From Macrostomum lignano (taxonomy: Eukaryota): 64,000 nt of DNA. The position numbers were made by a program, and so were the translations under genes. The notes beneath the pieces are model-generated. The model had not been told where the DNA came from. It worked only from the letters and a program-made list of their open reading frames with translations, and searched no databases. Below, in pieces: positions 1-12,860 of this stretch. Location of the stretch: positions 62,001-126,000 of the forward strand of contig NIVC01000471.1 in NCBI GenBank assembly GCA_002269645.1, read 5' to 3'. How positions within the stretch are numbered: position 1 is the first letter of the stretch; every line of letters starts with the position of its first letter.

Positions 1-3000
1 TGCCCAAGACACTGGAGTCGGACTGCAGCACCTTGTTAGTATGTTGGGCTAGCTAGAGGCTCGTTCTCATCCACTACCCCCATCTTCTCGCAGTCAGTGC
101 GTTTTACGGCTTTTCTTAACACCCCGCCCCCAGCACAAATGTACATTAATAAACAATTTGCCTCTCGCCTGCGCCAGCGTACACCCGCATTTATGCTTTG
201 TCCCCCTTGTTATCGATCTCATAAGACCTCTTTCGCTCTCTATAAAATCGCTTGAATCATCATGTGCTATGAAGTTTAGGACTGGAGTATTTCGCCAAAT
301 TCGCATCTAAAGCAAAACAATGATCCAGCAACAAATTATGATTGTGTTAAGGAATCAGGCAAACCAGATTCGCGCGCTGACTAGAGCTATTTTGGCATTC
401 CAATCGCGATTCAATAGCACTACACAGGCGCCTCGCAGTTCAAAGCAGCACCAATTTCAGTCCGCTTCACTGATTGGCACCGAAAAACTCGTCGGACTGC
501 TAACAGCCCTAGTTGTTCTTGTATTCGTCTATTCACTAGTTTCGTGCAAGTTTCGGTAGGTTTAAATTGCCTATTTGATTATTTCAACTCTTTTCTCCAT
601 TTTTGTTTCATCCCTTTTTAACATCAGCACATCGCGCGCGACTCGGCCAAGAACTCCACCACAGTAGCCTTCAATCGCAGCAACTGACCATCAAACCCAA
701 GAAACATGTCTACAATATCCTTGCGGATCGACTCCTCAGCGCGAATGGCACGCAATTACCCTGGAAAGTATTGATGAGGGAGAAACGCAAAACCAATCCG
801 GAGAGACGATCGAATTGTATACCGTCCCATCGTAGCAGATGCATGGCCTGACTGCCCAGGCTCTGGGGTGATGGGAACCGCACAATTTCTTGAAAAAAAA
901 CGCCGATGTAGTGGTACTAACACACGGTGCATATTTTTTGATTTTTGATATTATTTTGTACCTGCGATCAGCAGACCACCGTCTATGTTCTGTAACGGCT
1001 CAACTGCTTAAATTTACTTTAAATTTAATTTCCGTGTGCTTGATGCTACGACATCTGCTCATTCCTCTTATTTTCAACACTTTATGGCCATTGTTGCTAA
1101 CTTTCCCAATATTACTGTTTAATTTTATGATATTTACGTGTTGGTGCTAAGTCTAGCTTCATCGGTCTGTTCCTTAGCAATAATCGGAGTGTTTCTAAAT
1201 TTAAGTGTCTTTTTGTTTTGTGTTCTATTCTAAATCTCGAGCTTTTTGCTTAATTAACGTATAATTTTTCCTTCAACACTGTAGTATAAAACCAAAACTT
1301 TTAAATCTTGATCGTTAAACTGTTTTGGTCTTTAGACTCTAGTATTCACTTTAGTTCTAGTGTAAGATCTAAACGTTGTTCAAAGCTTGCTGTGTGTACA
1401 ATTCATATTAAGCGTTGAATAGAATATTGCACAAATTAAAGTATTGCACAAATTAAGAACACAGTATTATAATCGATATGCGGTCAAAGCCTCTCCTACT
1501 AGTCGGTAACTTCTTTTTAGTCAAATTTTCAACCCACTCCAATGCACTACCCTTAATCGAAGCCAACATGCTACGTACACTCCCTCTCGCTACAGACTAA
1601 GGCTGTTAAAAAAGCTCCGAAGCAACGCACTGGAAATAATCACCAAGACATCGCTTGACTCGACTTGCCAAAAGAAACAAAAGACACAAGTTTTTAATTT
1701 TAATACTGTATAGTGGGTGCTTGTCAAATCATAAATTTTCTAGCGTTATCAACCATATCTAAATATACTAAATCTCTAATTCTTTATTCTATGCGTCTGT
1801 TTCCTAATACCTTTTGCTTGCATTTTTACTAAGTAAATTTATTTTTCGGTTTACTCGCTTTACTTTAGCTATAAAAGAAATATACAAGAAACTAAAAAAC
1901 AGCGTACGTACAACAGTTGTTTTTCAAAGCTTATACTCTATTAAATTACACCAAAAGTTCAAAGTATAAAGTATCGATTCAAACCTCAGTTCACATAATT
2001 GTCCGTCGTCAAATCAAAGTATTCTTCCGACTTTATCTGAACACATCCTTGTTGAGATCAGAACAATATCCATGCGCACTTGTCCTTTTTCAACCCTCCG
2101 ATCGTGCTTTCGTAGCCCAGTGGGTTTCTGTTAAATACCCGTTTTTGGCTGCAAGAAATAGAAATGCAGGGCAGTACTTCAAGATAATTGAAAGATTTTT
2201 GTTAAACACAAAGTCAAATATCTGCTTACCTTCTTTGACATACCGCTCGGCTAAGGTCTTTTTGAGCTGACGTGCCCATAGCTTCGCTTGTAGTAGTCGG
2301 TCGAAGTATTGTAATAGATAAAATATTCTTTTGGAACGCGGCTAAGTTGGATTTGTTAGACTCAATATCCTCTCCTTTTTATGTTGTCGCCGATGTTCGT
2401 CGTCGCCCTTTAGCGCTTTTACCTGAAAAGCACCAGCTTAGACCGGGCGCTTTAGTGACTTCTTCAAAACCAAGAAAAGCAAAAATGAACTATTGTCATG
2501 GTCCTAGCTAGATGCTTTACCATCCTAGCTGCTGGGACTTGCGTTGTCGTCGTCGTTGTCTGATATCGGTTCAACAACTCGAAAACCGAGTTGTGCAGAG
2601 CGAGGCGACACGGCCTACTCGACCGCCCCCCAATCCCGTACCAGCTGCGGTTGATGCTGCTGTTCATTATAAGTGTGTTGATCGCGAATTTCGATTTGAG
2701 AAGATTTTCGGAGCGCAGGGGTCTTCTTTTATAGTTGTTTTGAGCGACCTCCTATTGGCTCCGCAGCCCTCACAGCCCCCGTCAGCCAGCCAGCCAGCTT
2801 GCCGGCCGGTCTGTCCACAGCCCGCGAGTAAGTCAGTCAGTCAGACTCAACAACAAGCTGCAGCAGGTAGCTACTCTCGTTTTATTAAAATTTCAGCTCA
2901 TTCATTCAGAGTGACTGTAATTCAGAGTCTCAGTTCTTTTTTCAATTTCAAGAACAAATGAATTAAGACCATTTTTAATTCCAGAGATGTTTTTGTCTGC

Positions 3001-3981
3001 CAGTTTATTCATTTAACTGAAACTCAAAAGATGGTTTCACAAAACCAATGGCTTTTCATTATTAGAGCCGATAATCGCAGAAAATGACGACAACAATTAT
3101 ACAAGCCACAATTCCAACAAAGTATTGAGTATACACTATTTGAAGAGCTAATAATAGCAGACAAATATTTGTCCACGCTTGCTGATATAGTTTCGGCCCT
3201 CTGTGCGGACCTGCACCAAGATGATTTTGTAATAGTTATAGTTCTAATCTTTTTTTCACTCGACTCGCATTGTGGGCAGCCGCTGTAGTTTAGCCTTGTC
3301 GCTGCAGATTAGCTTCATTCGCTAGTTCTACTCCTTGATCACAGTGAAATACTTTTGAATGTGGTTTCAGCTCTCTGTCGGATCTGTGTCCGAGTATTCT
3401 AAGTTGAGGCAATAAGCGGCAAGTCCGACTGTGTTTTCCTGCGGTGTTAAGCCTTCTGGCAAATTTCGAACCTGACGTGTCATCGTACAATCCAGCTTCG
3501 ATTGCGGTTGCTGTCGCTGCGGAGCTGAAGAACTCAATTAAGGCCGAAATAAAGGTTGAAGTGGGCAAAAATGGAGCGATGGGTTTTAATAAAGCTCCGT
3601 TCTGTATCTCATAATACAGACGCTGAAATCGGCTTGCGAAACTTTGATGAAGAGGTAATTTTTCACTCCCTAGCTTTTCCACGGCCGCATGTTGATCAGA
3701 AAAAAGGGAATGCGTAAAGACTAAAAATTCCTATCTAAACAGTGTTGCTTTTCATGAAGTTTGTGTTTAGACGAACTTTTATTTGCTATATATCGTGCTT
3801 ACACGTACTTGGTCAATTACCAAATTCGAGTTCTAATGTTCTTGCTATCAGAGACCTTATTCACGTCCCATCCCCGCCCCACCCGAAATATCTTGATAGA
3901 ACAAATTGCGCGCCAATTAAAAAAACTTAGATTGCGACTTTTGAACTTTACAGAAATACTGGCTTCGGATTAGGAGCATCA

Positions 3982-4045
3982 GGGCGAGGGCGAGGCGGAG
4001 GGCGAGGGCGAGGCGGAGGGCGAGGGCGAGGCGGGGGCGAGGGCT
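3982..4045. repeat. GC-rich short tandem repeat (GGGCGAGGGCGAGGCGGA-like)
   Basis: About three directly visible units. Confidence 0.8.
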
Positions 4046-4070
4046 GAAATAGACTATTTCAGCATATTTT

Positions 4071-6694
4071 TTACACCCCCGTAGCCTGCGATAGCAGGTG
4101 GATTAGCTTATACTCGTAGCAATAAAGGATAAACATGAAAGCAAAAAACAAAAGTGGAGTGGGGTGGATGGACGGGTGGGTGGGTATAAAGACTCAGTAA
4201 AATTGTGGGATTCATCAAATCAAGAAAGCTTGAAGCTACATGATAGAAGTCAAGTGCCAATTAGTTAATTGAATCATCGATCAGCAGCTTCATTTAGTGC
4301 AATAATTTCCAAGTATCGGAGAGTGTTTTTCAGGGCTGCTCAAGTGCATTTTGATCCAGATACCGACTCCGAACTAGAGGAGAAGGCTGGCTAACAGCGG
4401 ATGAGGGTAAAGATGAAGAAGAGGGGGACCTGCATCTCCAGCAAAATGAAGACGCCGGAAGCTTACCAAATGATGCTTGGGTGGCACGGGAAGCTGGGCA
4501 GGATCAACGGCCAGATGCAGAGCCCGAATTCTTGGGAATGCCTGGTATGGATCCTGACTTACCGAGGCCAGAGACTGCTGATGACGATCCAGCTGCGTTT
4601 TTCAAGCTGTTTCTGACTGCTGACCTACTGCAACAGCTCTGCGCTTGGACCGATGCGCAGGCGTGGCGCAAATTCGACGAGCTACAAGCATCGATGCCAA
4701 ACTTGCCTCAAAGGTTCTCTGCGTGGAAAGACGTGACCGTGGACGAGATGAAGAATTTTGTCGCCATGTCGCTTTACATGGGAATAGTTACGAGCTCGAG
4801 AAAAAAGTTACGAGTTAGTTACGAGCTCGTAAAAAGCTCGAGATCGCCAACTATTGGAGCAAAGATGATTTCTACGCAACACCTTTCTTCCAACAACTCG
4901 CTCGCCTGACAAGGGACAGGTACTAACAGATCAGTAGCCAGCTGCGCTTCTATGACTGCAAAAACTTCGATGGAAACGACCCGCTAGCAAAGGCAAGACC
5001 ATTTATTACGCTTGTAGCTGAGATATGTCGCAATGTGTACATGCCAGAAAAAAAATTAGTGTCGACGAAGAGCTTGTTCTGTTCAGGGGTCGCGTCATGT
5101 TTCGTCAATATATTCCATACAAGAAAGCGCGATATGGCATCAAATTGTATTGTCTTTGCGAAGCTAGATCCGGTTACGTGAGCAACTTCTTAGTGCACTC
5201 TAGTAGTGCTGAGAATGAGCGATTCGGTCCAGGTCTTGGGTGGGGGTGCTGTCTCTGAGTGAGAAAGTCCTGGTGGAGGCAGTTAGGTACGTATTGGATT
5301 TAGGTTATCACGTCTTCTGCGATAGCTGGTTTGGATCTTATCATATTGCGATGTATCTGCTGCAGCGGAGCACCATGCTGACATGCACAGTTCGCGCCTA
5401 TCGCGTTGTCCCAGATGGCCTTCGTGGTATCCAGGGAAACCAAGCTACATGTTTATGCGCAAAGGAAACGTGCTAGCGTTGAAAATAATTGACAGGAAGA
5501 GCTCGGGCCTAAAGAAAGTTTACTTCCTTGACACGCAAGGCGTAGTCCAACTTCACCCTGTTCACCGAATCGTGCGAAACGAACTGGTCATCCAGCAGAA
5601 GCAACAGACAGTTGTGTCGTGCAACAGATTTATGGGTGGTGTCGACAGGCTGGACTCTGCCTTGCAGCCATACAACCCATGCCGGCGGACTCAGAAGTGG
5701 CCCACAAAGCTCGGCGCGCACCTTTTTCTTGTACTGGCCAGAAATGGCTGGGTTGTGTACCGATCGTGCGGAGGTACACTGGAGTTTTTAAAGTTTCTGG
5801 AGACCATCATCAAGAACTTTATCGACTCCTCTGGACCAGGTCGTGTAAGAACTGCTCGGGCACAGCAGCAGCCAGCAGTGGCTCACCAACAACACTCGCT
5901 GAAGCGCATTGAAGCCACCGAAGCGCAAGCCCGACCAACGAAGCGGTGCAGGCAGTGCTACAAGAACGGCCAGGCCAAGAAAACAGTCTTCTGCTGCGGC
6001 TCCTGTGAAGGCAACCCTGGACTGTGCGCAGCCCCCTGCTTTGCCGACTGGCATACCGCTCAGGTGTAACTTATTTTTTTTAGTTTTCAAAGCCAAAGGC
6101 AGCTCATATTTAATTGACAAACAATATGCGGCATAACTTCGGTTTCCACTCTAAATTATTTTCCGGATTCTTTTAAACTTACAGTCTACAAATGTAAAAG
6201 AAACAAGTAAAAAGTCAATATTGAATCAATGTAATAGTCCAAACTCCAAAGCAGGAAAATGAAGCAGGTTTCTGAATTCCAAATCTGGAAAGGCCGGAAA
6301 ATAATCAGTAACGCAGGTTTAAAAGTATTAAAGTATTAATTTCTGAAAATCAAGAAAATAATTTAGAGCGAGAAACCGAAGCTATACCCAATATGCCATC
6401 TGGTTATAAACAGGTTATGTTATTGTTGTTGTTTAGCTGTTAAACATTGTTTATACGTTATAGCAATTTATCTTCTTGATTTTTACTGTTTCTTATTAAA
6501 AATTACTTCATCAGATAGAAAAACTCGTTGACCGTGATTCACAAATGTTTTCTGTATAAAAAAATAGGCATGGCCTGCTGAGCCGCAAGCTACGGCTATG
6601 CAAACTTATTTTCGAAACAGCATTTAAATGATTCGCAAGCCATAGACCATTAGCTATGGCCTGCAGAGCAGGCCACCCGCATCCTCGGGGTTAA
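4071..6694 (+). mobile_element. piggyBac DNA transposon, degenerate
   Basis: Transposase inside. Right end GGGG-TTAA at 6687-6694. Left end TTAC-ACCCCC-GTAGCCTGC..GCAGG only loosely matches the reverse complement of the right end. Confidence 0.7.
4400..6069 (+). pseudogene. piggyBac (PGBD4-like) transposase, frameshifted
   Basis: Across several frames: FFKLFLT, ISVDEELVLFRGRVMFRQYIPYKKARYGIK, HVFCDSWF, NRFMGGVDRLD, and the C-terminal Cys-rich domain CRQC..CGSC..LC..CFADWH. Confidence 0.92.
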
Positions 6695-7025
6695 GTGGTC
6701 TCGCTTCCTTATATCTGGAGGCAATGTCTATAACTGTGAGAACATACTTGTAGTCTGAGTCATTGGGGAGAAACAGAAGATCTGTTGGTGCGCCTCATTA
6801 GGTTTATAAATACTGAAATGGGGCCTTTCAAATTTTACTGGTGGGAAATAGACTTTGTAGACTGCTTGCTTAGAGAGCCATCTTTCAACTGTTTTTTTTT
6901 ATTCATTACTTAGTTCTGCGAGTTTGGCGACTGCATTTTTGCCTACAAAGAATCCTTTGTCACTATAGTAGATAGATTTTAGTTTTTCTTCTCCCATTTT
7001 TTAAAAAGAAAATTTTAAATAAATA

Positions 7026-7382
7026 ATGCAACGCTATGGTGTTAACTTAGATTCACATGGACTGATAGAAAAGCTTCCATGTCCAAACAAAGGCTGGACA
7101 ATTCCTGGCTACAAATATTGCGGGCCTTTGAATCCACTTGAAATACAGTTAGATAAAAACAATAATCCAAACCCTGGGCATGAGCCTGTGAACGAGCTAG
7201 ACTCTGTCTGCATGTGGCACGACGTTAAGTATAAGGATTTTCCAGAGGAGAAGAATCGCTGAGACAAAGAAATGCTTAGGAGATTAGACAATATGGGGAC
7301 TTCAAGCGAGTGGAGGGAATCAATCCCTCGGAAGCTAGTTAAAGCTGTTATTTTGGTAAGGAAAAGTTGGGGTTGGAGGCGA
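7026..7382 (+). pseudogene. PLA2X parvovirus-type phospholipase A2 of Polintons, copy A (internal TGA at 7260-7262)
   Basis: PGYKYCGPLNPL Ca-loop and NELDSVCMWHDVKY (HDxxY). The reading frame continues DKEML..LV..VI after the stop. Confidence 0.88.
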
Positions 7383-8112
7383 GGGTGGGTGTTGGGGAAG
7401 AGAGGGCTGGTGCATGGGGAGAAAGGGCGGAGGCTCGGGAGCAGGGTTTATTTTGTGCGCTCCTAACAAGGAACTGGGAAGACTTTTGAAAGATATGGGG
7501 GTAGAGAGACGCGCTTGAGTCGGGAAGGGTTTAACTATTATTATTCTCAGCCCTGACCAAATGCGACAGCTGCATTTGAAAAGTCGAGGCCAAAATCCTC
7601 TTCGATCTGGCCTCGGGTAAGGCCAAAATCCTAAAATCCTTTAGCCGAAGCTGACTTCGGCTAAATCTCTATCCCCCCCACGCCCACAGCCCAACCCCCA
7701 CTTTATCCAAACTCATTGCTCTGGCTGATTAAGCTGGCTTCGGCTAGATCTCTCTCCCCACCGAACAAACCCTCAAAACCCTCTACCCGGCTGGCTGTAT
7801 TAAACCAGAAGCATAAACCCCCCAGACCTCTTTACTAACATATATTCCCTCGCCAGGTACAGAAGAGAAACGATTAAAAGAACTTGAATCCAAATTGAAG
7901 CAAGGAAAAAGAAAGGTTTAATTACTTCATCGAGAGTGATTTGAAAAATATCCCTTTAGAGTTTTTCCAACATTGGAACGGATCGTCTCTGAGAAGAAAC
8001 ACTGATTTCTTTAAGTCAGTAGAGGTAAGACTCAAATCGGTGTACCTTTATCGGTGCATTTGTCTGGAACTTTTTATTTATTTATTTATAGCATTGTTTC
8101 ATTTCTTACAAC

Positions 8113-8409
8113 TTGAAGACCGTGTATCATCTGGAAGAAAAAAGGCGTGTGAAACAAAAAGAGTTGGACAGAACGAGATCAGAGAATATCCCTGAAGGAC
8201 TCGAGTGTAGCGTTTGCCTCGACTGGCTCGCCGACTCCCGACTGCTAGTCTGCGGCCACACTTTCTGTCGCAACTGTCTTGATCGCATATACAATGCGGA
8301 GGCAAATAGCATTCCCTGTCCCATATGTCGGACTGTGACGACTGGACAAGTAGAAGAACTGATTAAGAACTATTCTGTTGAAACAGCGATCCAAGGCTGT
8401 AAAAAATGA
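8113..8409 (+). CDS. C3HC4 RING-finger protein, probably the last exon (candidate upstream exon 7941-8024)
   Basis: CSVC..CGHTFCRNC..CPIC spacing. An in-phase GTAAG donor follows KSVE upstream. Confidence 0.8.
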   Translation: MKTVYHLEEKRRVKQKELDRTRSENIPEGLECSVCLDWLADSRLLVCGHTFCRNCLDRIYNAEANSIPCPICRTVTTGQVEELIKNYSVETAIQGCKK

Positions 8410-9335
8410 GCCCTTCTCTTTTTCCTGCTTTAATAGGAAAATAAAGATGAAAAAACATATCTTGAACTATGTTCTGCTGGCCTCCAACATAAAGAGCAAC
8501 TTTTTGTTTGTTGGAGACAAGACATATACTATAAGTCTATAAGTCTACTATAAGTCTTCTTTTTACTTTGTGACAATTACCATAAAAAGCTAGCATGATC
8601 TTACCAAAAACCACTACTTAACTACCTCTGTTATGCTCTGATGGGGGTGGGTGTGTGAGAGAATGTGAGAGAATTGAGAGAATGTGAGAAAATGCGTTCC
8701 CCTTTTAAGTATGCTTGCCGAGAATAGAGTAAAGAGTGGTATGAAAAAATGCGCGCATGTGTACTCAAAATCTCTTACCCCATTCTCACAGGTTGTGGGC
8801 GCGGGCGTCTCGTGTGTGGGGGAGAGGGGAGTGTATGCGTGTGGGTGCAGCGCGCGTGGGGGAGAGAGATTTTCACTTTAACTGAGCCCAGACGAGGAAG
8901 AATTCAGTGTTGAGCGAAGGTCAGAATGCAAACGATTTTGGCCTCGCGCAAGGCCACAATGCATACGATTTTGACCTTTCAGTTTTTTTGGCTGCATACT
9001 ATTAATTATAAGTCCTGTAACTTAAGTGAGAATACCGCTACTTTTTGCCCTTAGATTATGTTGATTTTTTGCTGTCCTAGGGAGGGGAGGGGTGGTAGAC
9101 TGATGTTATCCCTCTTAGATGAGTGGTTGTAAGTATTGCACTGGGATAGCTAATTTTAAACGTAAGAGCATTATGTATAGATAGATTTTACTAGATGTTG
9201 ATCTGTGGGGGGTTTATTCTCTTTTGTCCCAGAACTTCCCTCATGACAACTACTGAGTTTCGGCTTGAGATTTTTAACGCAATTATCTAATGATTTCTGC
9301 AAAGTTATAGTAGCTGTCGTAATCTTTTACGTAGG

Positions 9336-9425
9336 TTACTCCATACCTAAGAGCCAGTGTCTTTGGAGAGCTAGATTAATATTAGGGACATTGATATCAA
9401 CGCCGGGCCAATATTTTCTCATGTA
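9336..9425 (-). CDS. Small orphan exon 'orfX', copy A (YMRKYWPGVDINVPNINLALQRHWLLGME*)
   Basis: Inverted homologue at 18178-18267 has the same frame and stop. Confidence 0.5.
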   Translation of the reverse strand, partial: YMRKYWPGVDINVPNINLALQRHWLLGME

Positions 9426-9685
9426 CTCACTGCATTCTAGTTTGCATTGGTACTTACTCTTGTAATTAGGCTCGTGCGCTTTGTAATAAGAACCTGGAGA
9501 GAGGATTGAAAACATTTTTATTGAGAATTTAATTTTTTTCAAAGGGTAAGGACCCTGCGCTGATGATTTAAAGTCTTAGGGATCTGGTTTCGCGTTGCAA
9601 ATTGAATGTGGGGAGAAGAATGCAGATTCTTTTCTGATTGTTTCGAAGATGCTATGGGTGGATGTCAAAGGATTATGTAGGACAC

Positions 9686-9980
9686 CTGTTATGCTCTGAT
9701 TCTGTCGTGGAGGAAGGAGGATAGGTTAGGAGGATTATGTTCGAAGTTTTCGGAACAAGTGTGACCCTCTGATTCAGGAATAATATGGATGGATTTAATG
9801 GGATTATGTTCGAAGTTTTCGGAGCAAGTGCGACACCTGTTATGCTCTGATTCTGTCGGGGATAATATGGATGGATTTAATGGGATTATGGAGGACGTTT
9901 TGTGAGCGAGTGCGACCCCCCTTTTTTCTGATTCTGTCAGGGATAATATAGATGGATTTAAAAGGAATATGGAGGACGTG
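9686..9980. repeat. Degenerate tandem repeat (CTGTTATGCTCTGATTCTGTC / ATAATATGGATGGATTTAATGGGATTATG)
   Basis: Three to four recurring blocks are visible. Confidence 0.7.
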
Positions 9981-10004
9981 AAAAATTTTGTCCCAGAAGC
10001 CCCT

Positions 10005-10799
10005 TGTCACGTTATTGGCGTAGTGGCTATGGGCCTCAAAAGGGCCGTTTTAACGAGAGTTGTCGTTGTAGTCCAAAAGGAAGGTTAATTGAACAATGGC
10101 GGTGTAGCGGTTTCGTGTAGCGGTAGCACTTATTAATAGAGAATAGAAATTCGTTGTGGTCTGGCTCTTATATTTTCTCACAATAATAATAGAGTTACAG
10201 AGGCGATAACAGTATGGGCACTGGCGGCTGCAACAACGAGTTAATGATCAGATGAGTAGACGACGAGGGATGGCATTGAGGCAATGGCAGTGAGTAGCGG
10301 TCGTGAGTAGGCAGAACGGTAGTGAGCTGGCGTTAGCCGTAGTAGAAGTACAAGTGGAACACGGTGTGTGTAACAGGCTGGCCCAGACAGAGGAGCCGTG
10401 GCGAGTGATAAGGAGGCTCGAGGCAGCCAAGAGAGAGAAGGAAAACAAGCGCCGCAAGGGAGGAGGCAGAAGTGAGGAGCCCAAAGCGAGGGGGCAGAAG
10501 GCAGGAGTGAGGAGCCCGCCGCCAGGCGGGGGTTAATAAAGAGCGCAAAGGGGGGGGCATAAAACACGGAGAGTTTCATTGGCTGGCGAGAGAACTTGAA
10601 ATTATCGATCGTGCCAAAATTCACAGACGAGCGCAAGGCCTACCAAATACACAGTGAATTAGCAATTGATACAGATTATTTGCACGCTACTACAAGTAAA
10701 CGTTAAAATAAACTATTGGAGAAATTAAAATGAGAAATTGCAAGGGAAACTATAGTCCAACGGCCCTTTTGCGGGACCACTTAAACTAGCAACGTCACA
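10005..10799. mobile_element. 795-bp TGT..ACA insertion with 4-bp TSD (CCCT): solo LTR or non-autonomous Ginger-like element
   Basis: CCCT at 10001-10004 and 10800-10803. Termini TGTCACGTT / AACGTCACA, with a shared subterminal CAAAAGGGCCGTT in inverted orientation. Confidence 0.75.
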
Positions 10800-11984
10800 C
10801 CCTCATGCATTCTACTCCGGTATAATATACTAGGCCCCTATGCTATTTAAATGCATAGCTCAGTATGATATTATCGGGTAGAAAGCGTGTCGTCTTGACA
10901 TACGACATGCTCGCAAGCCGATATTATCGGTCCCAATTGGTACATCTTCTTCCGATAATATCGGTGCCACTGGGGTGGCTCCAGAGGCGGATATTTGTGG
11001 AATTAAGCGTAAGTGCAGTTATTTTAATACTATTCAGCAAAGTGAAAAGAAAACGTCCTAAACTGCATATGTTGGTATTATTGCCTAATATAATATCCGA
11101 TTTAAGGTGTCCTTCGCAAGTGCTACAAAATACCAGCGGATCGCTTTTTTCCGCTTTGGGCGGACATGAAAAAAAAACCTCAATCAGCTAGCAAGGGAAG
11201 ACAAAAGGCGTCAAAAGAAAGTTTCGGCTGCGGTTGTTTCTGTTTGAATACTTAAAGTGCGAATTGTTCTTAATGTAACTTAACTAAGGTCGGCGAATGG
11301 TCCGGTGTTATTTAATGCTTTTCTTAATATTTTTGTCTATTAAGAATATATATATAACACAATAACAATTGCTGTATACACGATGTTTGCGATCTTTGAA
11401 AATTTCGATAGCAAAGGTAGCAAACAGGCTATGGAGTAGGTTTGATATTCTGATCGCAATGATAGACTGCCTTAGAAATCAAATTTTATTTTGTCACAGA
11501 AGTTATCACAGTTCAGGTGTGCCTCTGCTATCTGTCATTTAATAATAATTTTTTTACTTTTGTCTCTTTCCGATGATGTTCTAGTTCAATCGTAGTTAAA
11601 ATTTTTCTCGTTCTGTGTGTTACTGGTGTTTAAATAGTATCACATTATTTTTTACATGTTCATTAAATTTGTCTTTGTTTTGCAGGCGCTGTTGCAGCAT
11701 TTGTTCTTTCACAATATAATTTCGATTACCTTTGGTAGCTGTATGGTAGTGTGGTTAATGAAAAGCACCCTGGCAATAGCGTATTAACAGTATGAATCAC
11801 AGTCACTAAGCTAACATAATGACATAGTAAAGTTTAACATGTAACAATGTAGTCATTTTATAGCCCTCATAGGTTTCCACTAGACGATGCAACTTAGACA
11901 CCTTAGAGTATCAGACATTCCTCAATTTCCTATCCTGCTTATATTATTTCAACTGTCATAAAACACAAAAAAATTGTCGCTCCG

Positions 11985-12476
11985 ATGCGCCTGCTGGTTC
12001 ATTTGCGGCTCGGCAGTAGATTCACTGACACTCAGAGCAGCGGTACTCCAGATTTTAACGACACCGCCAACACACAGGACGATGAAACCGCCGACACGCA
12101 GGACAATGACACCGCCGACATGCAGGACAATGACACCGCCGACACGCAGGACAATGACACCGCCGACATGCAGGACAATAACACCGCTGACTCGCAGCCG
12201 TCGCAGGACGATGACACCGCTGACACGCAGGACATCGTTAACACGCCACAGAAAGATCTGCCAAAACTGACCGGACCGGCCCGTGACGGGACGGCGCGCC
12301 TATGCCGCAAGGCGATAAAAAGGCGAGAAGAAGAAGAAGAAGACATCGTTAACACCGGAGATTTGGACAGCGATATGATAGGCTCCCAATGCATTTGTAT
12401 TAGAGAAAATTACGAGACGAACAGGACATGCACGCTTGCGAATGCTTCAATGATTTCAGTCGATCCAATTGTTTAA
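11985..12476 (+). other. ORF with a 24-bp tandem repeat encoding acidic DTAD(T/M)QDN units
   Basis: About six units at 12060-12240, followed by a basic/acidic RKAIKRREEEEE segment. Coding status is unproven. Confidence 0.4.
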
Positions 12477-12489
12477 TTTTGCAAATTTC

Positions 12490-12860
12490 CTTCCCAGACT
12501 ATCTCTCTGACTCTAGCCCTCCCAGGCTATCCTATCCAGTTTACCCTTCCTACTCTACCCTTCCCAGGCTATCCCGCCGACTGTACCCCTCCCAAACCAG
12601 CCCCACAGGCTTTCTTTCCCACTTTAGCCCTCCCTGGCTACCCCTTCCAGGCTGCACCTCCCAGGCTACCCCTCCCAAGCTACACCTTCCAGGCTACCCC
12701 TCGCAGGCTAACCCTTCCAGGCTACCCCTCCCAGACTACCCCTCCAGGGCACACCTCTCAGGCTACCGTCCCCAGGCTACCCCTACCAGACTACACCTCC
12801 CAGGCTATCCTGTCCAGTTTACCCCTTCCAAGCTACCCCTCCCATACTACCCTTGGCCGG
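12490..12860. repeat. C-rich minisatellite (GGCTACCCCTCCCA core)
   Basis: Many imperfect copies are visible. Confidence 0.8.

Noticed and set aside
11350-11520. Minus-strand SIACLLPLLSKF resembling a LINE reverse transcriptase motif
   Set aside because: Too short and interrupted to support a call.
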